Shown here: positions 13,601-25,595 of the stretch, piece by piece
Layout: each line of letters opens with the position of its first letter
Numbering within the stretch: position 1 is the first letter of the stretch
DNA from: Antedon mediterranea
Taxonomy: Eukaryota > Animalia > Echinodermata
Assembly: GCF_964355755.1 (NCBI RefSeq)
Contig: NC_092676.1
Location: 26,492,871 to 26,556,870, forward strand
Direction: 5' to 3'
Length of the DNA: 64,000 bases
Program-made: the position numbers and the translations under genes
Notes under the pieces: generated by a model
The model's input: only the letters and a program-made list of their open reading frames with translations
Database searches by the model: none
What the model was told of the DNA's origin: nothing

Positions 13601-16600
13601 CGATTGTGTTTGATAAATGGCGTGATTTTCATTCTGATATAACAACTGGTCATCTTATTAAAATTCTGAAGAAAATTGGATGTGTTCGTGCAATTCATGG
13701 ACTTCAAAGATTATATCAAGGTAAAAAAAATACACTAATCATGTCAATATATCCACAAAAGAAGCTGCAGGGATCGCAACCCAAATCAATCAGAATAACC
13801 AAGAAACTGATTGAGCTGGTTGAAAACGGCTTGTTGTATGTTTTTTACACTAATCCGTATCAAGATCTGGACCTACTGTATACAGCTATAAATCATTAGT
13901 AGTTACATATAGTATATTGTCTTTTATGTGAAGAAAATATCACAATTTTCCTTTATCCTATGTTTCAATATTAATCAGTAAACAACTATTAATTTAAGTA
14001 TTATAAGTATGTAACAAATTTCAAACTTTATTTTTTTTTAAATGGAAAGTGCTTGATCTGATTATACTTTATATATAGCTGTACATTTACATTTTACTTC
14101 CGTTTTTTGATACTGTACTGTATATACTTAAATTGCTTCCTCATACAGTCAGTAAATACTGAAATCTGACACTTTATTATGCCGATAATTTTAGCTATGT
14201 AAGCAAATAAAAATGTTAACAGCACAACTACAGGTGGTGTTTAGGTTTCATAGTATGGTAAGTTATTCTTCGTCTCACCAAATGTACATTTTGTGACTTT
14301 CTTAATGTTGTTTGAAGATATAGTTATGATCAAAAGGAAAGTTATTAAGTAAAAAAAACATAACAATTTGTAAGTAGCTAGGTCAGAAATAAGGAGAGTG
14401 AAATGTCAAGATGTGTATATAAATATATCCATGTTTTTGTTTTGTTTTTTTTTGGTTGCATAATTCATAATATTTTTCTAAGAGTAAATCTGTATACCGC
14501 ATTTGTAGTTTTAAGGAAATAGAAACCAGTTTTTATACTATGGCCTTGGAATTTACAATAGTACAGTACTAGTATTTTTTATTTACTATTTTTTATATAC
14601 CTATATACCAAATAGACTACTGACTACAGAGTGGAATGAACCCTTCACTTTAGGATTAGAAAGCATGAGCCAAACTCAAGTTCCACTAGGTTACTGACTA
14701 GTACATTATGTACAGTTGCATGTTATTATGACGACATGTACAGTAATATTTAAATTTTATTTTTTAAATGTAGAAAAACAGTTGGGTGCACCGAGTAAGA
14801 ATGCTATCACTCCGTCAACCTCAACTTGTTCTTCACCAATCGCATCATTGTATTCTTCGGGTCAATCCTCTCAACCAATCACACCATCATCAAACTCGTA
14901 TTCACCATCGACAAGTCTAAGTAGTTATTCCAGCATATATCAAGGTAAGTAATATTACATAAATTTATTAATAATATGCTATACTGCTATGTACATATAC
15001 CTATTTCTCACCCAAACAGTAGTGTAACGGCTATGAGCTCATTAAACCCAGGGGCCAGAGCTTAAGGGCCCCAGAGCATGATTAGTCCAATGCAACTACA
15101 CAATGATGGAGGGCCCTTAGGAGTGCTAAACCAGGAGCCTTTTCCCACTGCGTTACGCCCCTACACTCGCGTGAGTGATAAAAGAACACCTGATAAGTAA
15201 ATAAAAACAGTTGTAACTGGACATAAACTTAAACATTTGTTTATCTTCTTTTATTAGATCCGACAATCTTATTGTCATACTCCAGTTCAATGTTGCATGA
15301 CAGTCGGATAAATGATTTTACTGCTTGTCTTCAAAACAACAGTGTTTACAGAGTTCAACTCGACCAAATTAAAGCATCGGCTTGGAATATGAATGCAAAA
15401 CAAGCACAGTTGTACGAAAAGTTTAAAGATGTGAGTAATAATCTGCTGCTCTTATATAATATCACCCTACAGAGGTTAAATTTATAAAAAAAATTGGTTT
15501 TAAAGCTCTGTCTACACTATCAAACAAGTGTGATATGTCATCATGACATTTTTTGTCACAAAGTTTGATAGTGTAGACAAGCCTTAGGTAAGTTTTGAAA
15601 ATAAGCAAATATTGTTGTCTATTTTTTTTTCTTTGATGTCGAGGTTCATTTCTATGACAAAACGAATTGTAAGTTTTTTACATTTTTGTCGACAACAGAA
15701 AAAACATTTTCGTTCAAATAGTAAAAGTTAACTAACACAAGCTTTTTCGTATACTAAAACTAACTAAATTCTCAAAATATTCTGTTAAATGTTCAACGTC
15801 CAAATAAAATACTCCAAATATTATATTAATATTTTACATGATGTACCACGAGTGTTTTTTATTTGGTATGTAAATAAATACAGGAAGTTCTATATTTTGT
15901 CAATAAATATTGAATCATTTTATATGCATTTCATAGAATCAATCATAGAGATATTATCTCTATGAATCAATGCATAAAAGGATCCAACTTTCATTGGGGC
16001 TCATCCACAAAAACATTTTTAGGATCCTGTACAGATTTACAATAAGGGATCATCTCAATTTCTTTTGAATAACTGAAAAATGAATACATAATGAATTCAC
16101 CATACTACTGTACTGTACATTGAAAACCTATTGTATAAAATAATCCTGAAATATGGATTGTTGTTGATATGATCAACATCCTCAATCAGGGTTAGACATA
16201 ATCCAATATTATTTCCTGTAGAATGACATCCTCTTTGTACTACTGTATAATTCTAAAGGTGTGATATGCCCAAATATGGTAGTGATGTGCCCAAATATGG
16301 TAGTGATGTGCTCAAATATGGTAGTAATATGACATCATCGTGTCCATATATGGTCATATCACATGTAACATAAAGTTTGATAGTGTAGACAGAGTTTTAC
16401 TAGTTCACTGAAATTCATTAATTGAAAAGTAAAAGTACTTTACACTGGCTAAACATAGCAGTTTTATTGAATATTTTAGCATGAATGAAATGGTAAATAT
16501 GACAAATTTCAACACAAATATTAAACTACTACCTACCCACCCACCACCCCCCGTCGCCCCCCCCCCCCCTTCCTGCCACAAACAATTAACGTACTGTTAT

Positions 16601-18210
16601 CAATAGAAAATCAATTGTTAAAAATATACTACATTAATACAAGCTTATCATATCATAAGTGTATGTCAGTATAGTTCCTAATCAAAGGCACAGTAGTGTA
16701 AAGGTCAACATCCCCTTCTCCCACTTCCCACTTAAATAAATATGTTATCAATATTAAATGAGATGTTATATTTATTTTGATTTCCAGGCCGCTTTTGTTA
16801 TCTGTTTAATCGATGAAGAATACGTAAAAGAAGCGCAAGGAATGAAACCAAGTACAGAATTGCACACAAATACAAGGTAATTTTTGGTAATTAGTTTTGG
16901 GACGGTCAGATAGCGAGATGATTGTGACGGTTAGACCAACTAAGCAAATAATGTATGTAATGTACTTTGGTGATAAAGGCTAACGAGATAGTGAATGGAT
17001 AAAAGGATTGTTGATGACATGATGTGGAAAATCAAAAACGAATCTACTTATAAAGAGCATGACGTGAATGGCGGCACGTGTCACAGAACGTGAATTGGAA
17101 TTTAATGATTGAGCACAGACAATGTGTTGGACTTTGACTTAACCAAACTTAAATGTTGAAATATTTGTTTTATTTTTTGAGTGTGTCTTTTGTCACGTTC
17201 CATACATTTTAATTACCTTCAATAAATATTCAGATATTACAGACCGATTCATCATGTCTTTGCATCTATACAAATAATTATTAATGTTGCAAGAGCAGCA
17301 ATAAAAGATTTAAATTGGGCTATAAAAATACATTATCATTTATTATATTATGTTTAAAATAAGTAGTAGTTTATGTGAACACAAATCAGAAGTGGTGTTG
17401 GTATAGTGCTTACCAATATTTAACTATAACTTGAATACATAGATATTTATTGAACACTCCTATCACACAATGGTTTGTTCCATGAAGCCTGCCCCTAAAT
17501 GGTGGTACTATACCACCAATCATTTCTTTTCGAGCCTTGGTAGATGTCTCGGAAGGTAAGCTAGGCACAAAATAGACTGTTTAACATGTTGCACATATTA
17601 ACACATTATGATAAACATTTATTTATCTCCTACTCTGCCTAATTTCAATTGATATTTAATAAAAGAAAATTAAATTTTATATTACAGGTTCATTAATGAG
17701 CTTATGGCAAAGGAATTTGCTGAGTCGAGCAACGTAAACTCGCGTTTTCTTCCGTATCTACTTGATGCGAGAATGTCAAAAGTGTTCCCGCCTTATTTGG
17801 ACAATCCTCCTCTGGGACCTTATGAACACTTTCAGGGAGTATTAGCCAAAGAATTGGAAAAGCTGCAGAAGTTGCAACTGGAAAAATTGCAGCTCGAGAA
17901 TCACATGAGACTGAGAGAATTGAGGATAAAAGAATCACGTCAACTAAACATTAACAATGCGCACATTGACAATGTCCACGTTGATGACGCTGTTCGTTCA
18001 AACTCCGATTCAAGTTCTCAACCACTTTCCATAATAAGGAGAAACCGTAACTACACACCTGAAACGGAGCAGAGCAATAATGTTGCACATATCAGGACAA
18101 ATTTGAAAAAGAATCGAAATTTTGACAAATTTCGAAAATTTATGGGAAATAAACGAAAACCGTGCAAGGCAACAGATACACCGTTAATAGTACACCTGAA
18201 AAAACGCTGA
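10683..18210 (+). CDS. Death-domain + SEFIR adaptor protein (Act1/CIKS-like) with C-terminal coiled coil, gene 2, ~415 aa, 6 coding exons
   Basis: Exons 10683-10823, 13570-13720, 14774-14944, 15258-15430, 16788-16876, 17688-18210 join in frame (1248 nt) with the same intron phases as gene 1 (0,1,1,0,2). Death domain: MEDIPIDDLSPLAMQELSKHLD...KTWREFA...SPTSIVFDKW...TTGHLIKILKKIG. SEFIR: ILLSYS...AAFVICLIDEEY...RFINELMAKEF...NSRFLPY...FPPYLDN. Confidence 0.85.
11028..11682. mobile_element. MITE with ~23-bp TIRs in the first coding intron of gene 2
   Basis: aagcctgttttcctgtcgacgtt ... aacgtcgacaggaaaacaggctt, flanked by TA on both sides. Internal aacgatt/aatcgtt repeats. Confidence 0.85.
15502..15587. 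mobile_element. Short Harbinger-like MITE; a partial related copy lies at ~16258-16397
   Basis: tgtctacactatcaaac / gtttgatagtgtagaca inverted repeat. The same right end recurs near 16375-16395. Confidence 0.65.
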
Positions 18211-19544
18211 TTCTTATTCGGTGTAAAATAATAAAGTGCTGATTTTTACAATTGATGGGGGATTACATCATTGAGATATCAAATACATTTATTTCAACAT
18301 TTTGAAGTAGAGAGGAGATTGATCAGAATATTTGGCCTATTCTCTCATGTCCTTGTTACTGTTTTTGTAATAATTCCAGCATAAATATTAAACAATGAAT
18401 AGGATATACTGTACTAGAATCTTATTTCACTGGTACATATTATGAAAATTACTGTATTTTTATATTTCCCTGAGAAAGAAATACTATGGTGAGGTGACAC
18501 GAAATTATTCTCATAAAAGCAACTTCTAGTAAAAAAAAACCATATATTTAAACTCCATGGTGTTTTGTTTAAACACACATACAGGCACTAGATCATGACC
18601 TCCACCGTTAAATTGAAATATGTGAGTTAAGAATCATGATAAACTGTAAATATTGAAATTAAAAAACCACAAATCATATCCTAATCTAACTGAAATCAAA
18701 TATATTATTGTATTATTTGTAATATATTGTCAATTTTAATAGTCAAAACTACAATTACAAGTAATGATTTGTAGGGAGTTATGATTGAAAATTCATTAAA
18801 CTTTAAAAAGGTATTGAAATGTCTATTAGATTGTTGTATTCTGTGTATGTTGTAGGCCTAGTAAAATGTTGTACAGGATTGATATTAGCCAAGGATTGTG
18901 AAGTAGATATGATCAGGAGAGCTAACCATGGAACTATAATATAGGATTATATATTATAGTTCCATGAGCTAACATACAATATTAATCTGTAAACAATTAT
19001 TTAAACAAATGATTTCTTGTTAGCAGCCAAAATGGGGGTGGGGGGAGTGCTACCCCTGGATCTGCCCATGATGATCAACAAAAACCAGCACAGTTGAAAA
19101 CCAAATATTGTTTGTACATAGTAGTATAGCGTGTATAGCTTTTATCATCCAGAACAAAGGATTTGGTTTGCGTCATTGACTGTTTGTCAAATGATATATA
19201 GATAACACTAGTGCAATGGCCCTGGGTGCATACAGCTTTCTGCTATTTGTGTCTTGGAATTTCCAAAGGACAGATTTGTCATTTCCAATGCCTGAATGGT
19301 GCGACGCCTCCATTTTAGTTTCATTTTGGACATTTGTATGAAGGTAAGTTTATTGAATTTGATTTGAAGTTACTTCAAATTAAACCTCTTTGTGTATTGT
19401 GCTTAGTTAGATATTGTTTGCTTTATAGGATTCACAGGCTACAGGCAAACCGCTCAGTTTGAGATTGCTTCAAATTTCAAAGCAGAATTACTACATCACA
19501 AACGCAAGGTATTTATGACTTCTTGTAATTCTATATATAACATA

Positions 19545-19936
19545 TATAAACATCACAGGCACAGAATAAATTCTAAACCGCCCGGTAATATACTTAAATT
19601 AATTAATTAAAATTGAAACAATAAAGATGAGGAAATCTGTGACCATGAGAAAAAGGCACCAAAACTGAGATTCGAACCTGGGACCTTGCGATGATATGCA
19701 GATATCCCAACCATTAGACCACTGGGGGCTTTCATGGTATTGTTCAGATTTGAATGGACAGTGACTCTTTAACACTCTCCACATGTTATGGCGGAACAGC
19801 ATTAGTCAATTGTATGCATGCGCAACAGAGATCAAATTGATACGCCCTCATCTTTCAGTGTTTTATTCACGAAGCGGGATATTCAAAGAGATACTTTTAT
19901 ATCTATAAACATCACAGGCACAGAATAAATTCTAAA
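19545..19936 (-). mobile_element. Small element bounded by 33-bp direct repeats, containing a tRNA-derived Pol III unit
   Basis: tataaacatcacaggcacagaataaattctaaa at 19545-19577 and 19904-19936. The minus strand 19730-19655 has A box TGGTCTAATGG, B box GGTTCGAATC and a following TTTTT. Confidence 0.6.
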
Positions 19937-21475
19937 TGTTGGTATATGTATATTGGCTAATGAATCTGTATAATAAAAACAAGAGAATCAATTTTTATAT
20001 ACAGGTATTATTTTTGTGGTTTGGTATGTTGCTACATTATTTTGAAATGTTGGGAGTGGTGGGGGAGATCTACTGTTTTACATATTATTTTATCCATCTA
20101 TGGCATGGCATAAGTTACTTTCTTTTTTTCCCTCCTACATTCATTTGCAGAATTGAAAATATATTTGTTCATAATCATGATAAAACAATTTCCGTTTTCG
20201 CCTAAATCAGTATATATCAATTTATTTGTTGTTTTTTAATATAATTGAAAGATTATTTTGAATATAAATTAGAGTGGCCATCATAAACTAACCATTTTGT
20301 TATGTAAGGATTACCGAAATACCAATGTCTTTGTTACATTTAGCATGCTTTCAGTGGGTAAATACACTACAACCACAAGATAACCTTTAACCCATTGTAT
20401 CTACATGTATTACTATTGTTAAATAAAATGATTTGCATATGAATTCTTTATTACCAGAAAAATGACAAGTCACAGTAATTGAAACAGTTTTGTATTATCA
20501 ACTGAGGCTAGTCAGGCGTAAATTTAATGTATTTTAAACTTTACAAACAAACTTGGAATTAGTTACCGGTACTACAAATTCCTCCATGATATTTATTATG
20601 TTATTGTTACTGTTCTTGTAGCCGTCTTCTTCTGAAGACACGTGGCCGTCATTGACGGATACTTAATATCAGTTGACTTCACTGCTGGTGTACTCGAGAT
20701 CTACGTTTATACCATTCTATAAACTTATTATTATGTAGTTTTATTGTTCTTATCGATCAAATAAATTTAAAAGCTATCTAGTAGACTTGCCCCAAGTCTG
20801 TATTATCTTTTTTTTTATTTATTTGTTTTTATTTCGACCGCGATTTTTGTCTGAAAATCCAAAATCAAGTAGTATACGTATGAAACGCCATATGTGCCAA
20901 AATATTTATCTTTTTACTAATATTAAGACAAAACTCCGTCTGGAACCCAGACTAGCTATCTAGTAGCATAATGGGTCTTGGACTATTACCTACATACAGT
21001 GGTGTAACAGCTATGAGCGCTCACTGGCTAAACCCCAGGGCCCAGAGGAAAAAACAGGCATTAAAATATGTCGAAAAGGCGTAGGGAGAGCCACTGCCTA
21101 CATACAGTTTTATTCTCCACATTCATAAAATAGAAATACTTGTAATATGAATTTCAATACTATACATAATAATGTATTACTATAACGATTAGTTCAGTAT
21201 ACCTTTTGTGTACCTATTCACAAAACAAAAATTAAAGAGCAAATGTTTTGCCTAACTGAAAAAAAACTGAATGGAATGAGAACATGATTGATGAATGAAG
21301 AAGTGATAGATTGATGAATGAAGGAATGACATTTAGCCATGAAAAGAAAAAACCTGACAATATTTGTTTACTAACTTTACACGTTGAACTTTGTACTATT
21401 ACAGAAATATGTATAATTGTACTGATATATTCCTTAGTGTGATCATATAAATTCTGTGCACTATTTCAGAGTGCA

Positions 21476-24385
21476 ATGGCTTTTGCTAATGGTTGGAGCA
21501 GTGGTGAAGGTACTGGTCATTGGCAGTATATGAGAGAAGAGGTTGCATCTGACGGTGATTTAGAGTACCAATATTCTGGTCTAGGACTTTGTTCAAATCC
21601 CTCTGCTGAGCAATTAAATTTGCCTGATGGTATGTTTCTATTTAATATGTTTTTTTTCAATATTTCTAATGTATGGTATTTTACGTTATTAATTTTAAAC
21701 TTTATAATGTTGGTTACTGTATTTGTTACATAAATCATGAATGATTCCACCGAACTTTCAAGTTAAAATAACTATGGTGAGACACTTAATGAATAGGCAA
21801 ACTCCCTTAAAATGTGACATGTTACTGTAGTTATAGATCATGGTAGGATGCCAGTGGAAACTTCAGACATTGAATCTGTTCCTGGAAGCTTGTCAAGTAG
21901 GCGGTATTACGGAGAACTAGAAAACAGGTTCTATGGAAGATTTCCACAAGAAAGTCTAGATAATCCTGTTGACGAACACCAATATCATCCTGTACAGTCA
22001 TTCTGCCCAAATTGCAGAGGGGTTTTAAATAATGCCTATTTACCAGAAGACAACCTAGCATTTCAAAGAAACCAACGAGTAGTCAACCACCCGTCATCAG
22101 TTGCTAACTCACAACCTGGATACAATCAAAGAGGACCCAGAACAAAGAGGCAAAAGAGCAGGTTTCGTCCAAGACCAGGGTTGAATGCGGCGGCATCAAA
22201 CCGAACATCCTCGACAATAAGCAGCCTAGACGATAATACAGAAAGCATAACATCTTGCAGCAGTTGCTCGATACTGTCCTCAAAATATCCCAGTGCCGTG
22301 TCTCTCTCCCAAGACTCTCTGCTGCCTACTGATGCAGATAACTTAGTCTCAGGTTTGTCATATAGGCACACTGATAATGAACATAGTTATTTTACAACCT
22401 CAGAGAAGGAGAACTACAAGTGTGAAGTTCCAAGGTACATATTCAAGTCATCAAGTCAACGATCTAGCAAGTCTAAAAAGTGTAAGTTACTTTCGAAATT
22501 AAATTGTACTGGCTAGGGACGGATACAGGATTTTTGTCAGGGTATAGCTACAATTGCTACTCACGATGACGAAAAGAGGTTGAGCATTCCTTTAGCCTAA
22601 TCCTGGATCTTCCACTGGTGTTACTGTCACTCTTGGGTAATGTTTACGTAACAATCTATGGAGGCCTTAGTTCTACTATGGTAGCTGAATTATATTAGTT
22701 CTGAAAAGCAATATGCTTTGATCATCCTCCTGGGTGTACCATCAACATTTTATTTCCCCATGCAAACCTTCAAACAGTAGCTGAATTAACCAAAATATAA
22801 TCAGTTAAAATTTAAAATGCTGTATAGACACACGTTATTGAATAATTCTCATGGTGTTTTTAAATCACAGTTGACTGTTTAATAACCTTTGCATCAGATG
22901 CTATACACCAGATTAAAACTGCTGCAAACTACATGAAAGCACGTGGTTACAAAGTGATGACGGACATACCCTCACCCAACATTGAACGTCATCAAGCAGT
23001 CGACGAGAAGGAAGTTATGAGAAAACTGACAAGAGTTTTTCGCAAGGTACTTAATCAAAAAGTTGTTTGAAAATGAAATAAATATATCACATTTTAAGTA
23101 CATTTAAGTGTTGACATATCAGTTTATATACAAGATGGTAGATGGTAAAAGTTACTAGGTTCAAAAGTTCAATACTAGATGGTAAACTAAGTTACTAGGT
23201 GTTGACCTAAACAGTTTAATTTAATGTGATAGTATGGTAAACTAAGTTACCATTGAAGATTAAGTTTCTAGTCTATGAAAACAGAAAAATGAAATATAGC
23301 ATCATTAGGTCGGATTCAAATTATCTACTAAATAATTATATTTGTCTTTTAGTGTTCATACTTGCTGTGCTACTTGTCAAAAGAATACATTAAAGAAGTA
23401 ACTGAAAGCAAGGCAAAAAACAAACACTTGCATATAAGGTATGGAAAATATTTCCTTATTCTAGTTGCTCAATGGTCAGTGACATAACGGCTATGAGAGC
23501 TCACTGGCTAAACCCACCAATGCAACTACCAGGCGTTAGTGGGTCTCTTATGAGTGCTTGGCGCCACCCGCCTCCCCCTCCCCTGCATTACGCCACTGTC
23601 TATGTTCATTCTTTAGTAACTTAATCTATGACTAACCCGATTTTCATTTTAACTCAGTAGAAATGAAAAATAATATGAAAAAACATGGTATAACACACAC
23701 TTTTTTATAAATACTCTTACAATTTAAACCTATTAATTTAGTAGTAGCAATATTGTTCACTTCAAATAATGTAAAAAATAAAGATACTTGCATTTTTTAA
23801 ATGGCAGGTATCCAAGTATCCTCCCTCCCGACAAGATCGAATCCTATGGCCACAAGTAAAGTGGTAAATAAATTCCATAAATAAAATACATCAGGCTCTG
23901 AGCAACTGGTGACAAATAAAGGAGGTCCTTTCTCCATGGCTGCCTCACTGCTAATAAGCAGAACAAAAGACAACCAAGCCCACTGTGTGGTATTTTCCAC
24001 CTGTTAATATGCAAATTAGGTCACTAACCTATCAGCAAAACTAAAACTTACTTGGAGTAAATTAAAAAGAACTTTTTGTCCATTTTCAGATGGCATTTTT
24101 ATTACAAACAAATTCAATTTTGTTTCTTGTAGTCTTTTTTGCCCTTTTTACGGATGGTATTTTAATGTTAAAAACAAATTCATTTTAACTTTTTTTGTTT
24201 TTCTTAGGGTTTTTGCAGATCTTATGGAAGATGAATTCAAAAGGAATGGTAAAATAAACAAAAGATTTCTTCCGATTTATGCAGACAAGAATTCTAAATT
24301 GAACAATTTGCCAGGCTATTTAACAAGCTATCCAAAAAACCAACATTACATCTATCAGGAGTTATTTGGTGAAGCTTTAAGCTGA
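21476..24385 (+). CDS. TRAF3IP2: Act1/CIKS (TRAF3IP2)-like SEFIR adaptor without Death domain, gene 3, ~412-414 aa, 5 coding exons
   Basis: Exons 21476-21629, 21831(or 21837)-22481, 22871-23046, 23353-23438, 24208-24385 join in frame. SEFIR: DCLITFASD...GYKVMTD...CSYLLCYLSKEYIKEV...LHIRVFADLMEDEFKRNGKINKRFLPI...LPGYL. N-terminal PVETSD and PQESLD motifs. Orthology is not established and the true start could involve upstream exons (19.2-20.7 kb). Confidence 0.78.
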
Positions 24386-24429
24386 AGTGAGATTGACAGG
24401 ACTATGTTACTGCAGTACATGACTATAAA

Positions 24430-24685
24430 GTGCTATGTGCATGCTATGTTTACTACAGCACACGTCTAAAGTACTATGTGCATGCTATGTTTACTACAGC
24501 ACACGTCTAAACAGTACTATGTGCATGCTATGTTTACTACAGCACACGTCTAAAGTACTATGTGCATGCTATGTTTACTACAGCACACGTCTAAACAGTA
24601 CTATGTGCATGCTATGTTTACTACAGCACACGTCTAAAGTACTATGTGCATGCTATGTTTACTACAGCACACGTCTAAACAGTAC
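24430..24685. repeat. Tandem repeat, 6 units alternating 41/43 bp, just 3' of the gene 3 stop
   Basis: gtactatgtgcatgctatgtttactacagcacacgtctaaa(ca) repeated six times. Confidence 0.95.
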
Positions 24686-25595
24686 TGTGGTATTTTACAA
24701 CTGAAGAGTCTGAACTAATAACAGTATATAAAAACAAAGTACTATTTTTTACAGTATAATTAGTCGAACATTGGACTGGTTATAAAATTGTTACAACTAC
24801 TTGACCATTTGGGTTATCATAACCTTTGACCCTACAATAAATCTAAAGATATCTATGCATTTTTTTTTAATGAAAATTCAGGTATAAAAAGATTGACAAA
24901 ACCACAATGACTATAAAACAAAGATTGCACACAAACAATAAGGTTTTGCTTTTTATTATCTAAATACAGTATTTACAATTAAGATTTAAAACACACCCGA
25001 TAACTCTCTCAGCTGTAGGATTTGCTGACTTGGGTCTAAGCTTGTATCTCTTCAAATTGTGCGACATACAATTTGGTCTTCTAACATGGCAATTTACATA
25101 ACAATTACCTCAAATGTTTGTTAGCATGATAGTGCTTACAAATTAAGTTATTCTGTATAATTCGGTGTTAATAGGTATATACTTATAGAACATGCCTATA
25201 CGAATTCAAGAAAATGTGTTCATTGATAAATTCATAAATAAAAAAAAATAAAAATCTGTATTCTTTTAAGATAGGCCGAAATATCAACATGCACACTCTG
25301 CGTATCTGAGTGCTTTCATCTGATTTATTCATTCATTTGCTGTACATGATGGTTTAATAAATAAATGACATGAAATATGAAAGAACGTACATTATTGAAT
25401 ATGTATTATTTTGTATGAATCTTCATGATTGTTCCCAAAACCAGTATATTATATTCAATAGAGGAAGTTTACCCCTTCAGCTTTCAAATTTTGTTCCTCG
25501 CTAGAATACAATTGTGTTGTAAGTCATACAAAATGTGTAAACAACAATTTTCTCTGAAAATTGCGTTGAGAAGTTAAAAGTATAATAATCTGCTT

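Noticed and set aside
6220-18210. Calling genes 1 and 2 MyD88 (Death + TIR)
   Set aside because: The C-terminal motifs (FITYS, EF...N.RF(I/L)P, LPxYL) follow Act1/CIKS SEFIR rather than the MyD88 TIR boxes.
19655-19730. Functional tRNA gene
   Set aside because: A and B boxes are present but the acceptor and anticodon stems pair poorly; treated as a tRNA-derived repeat.
24435-24704. 89-aa Cys-rich repetitive ORF
   Set aside because: It is a translation of the 84-bp tandem repeat, with no splice or homology support.
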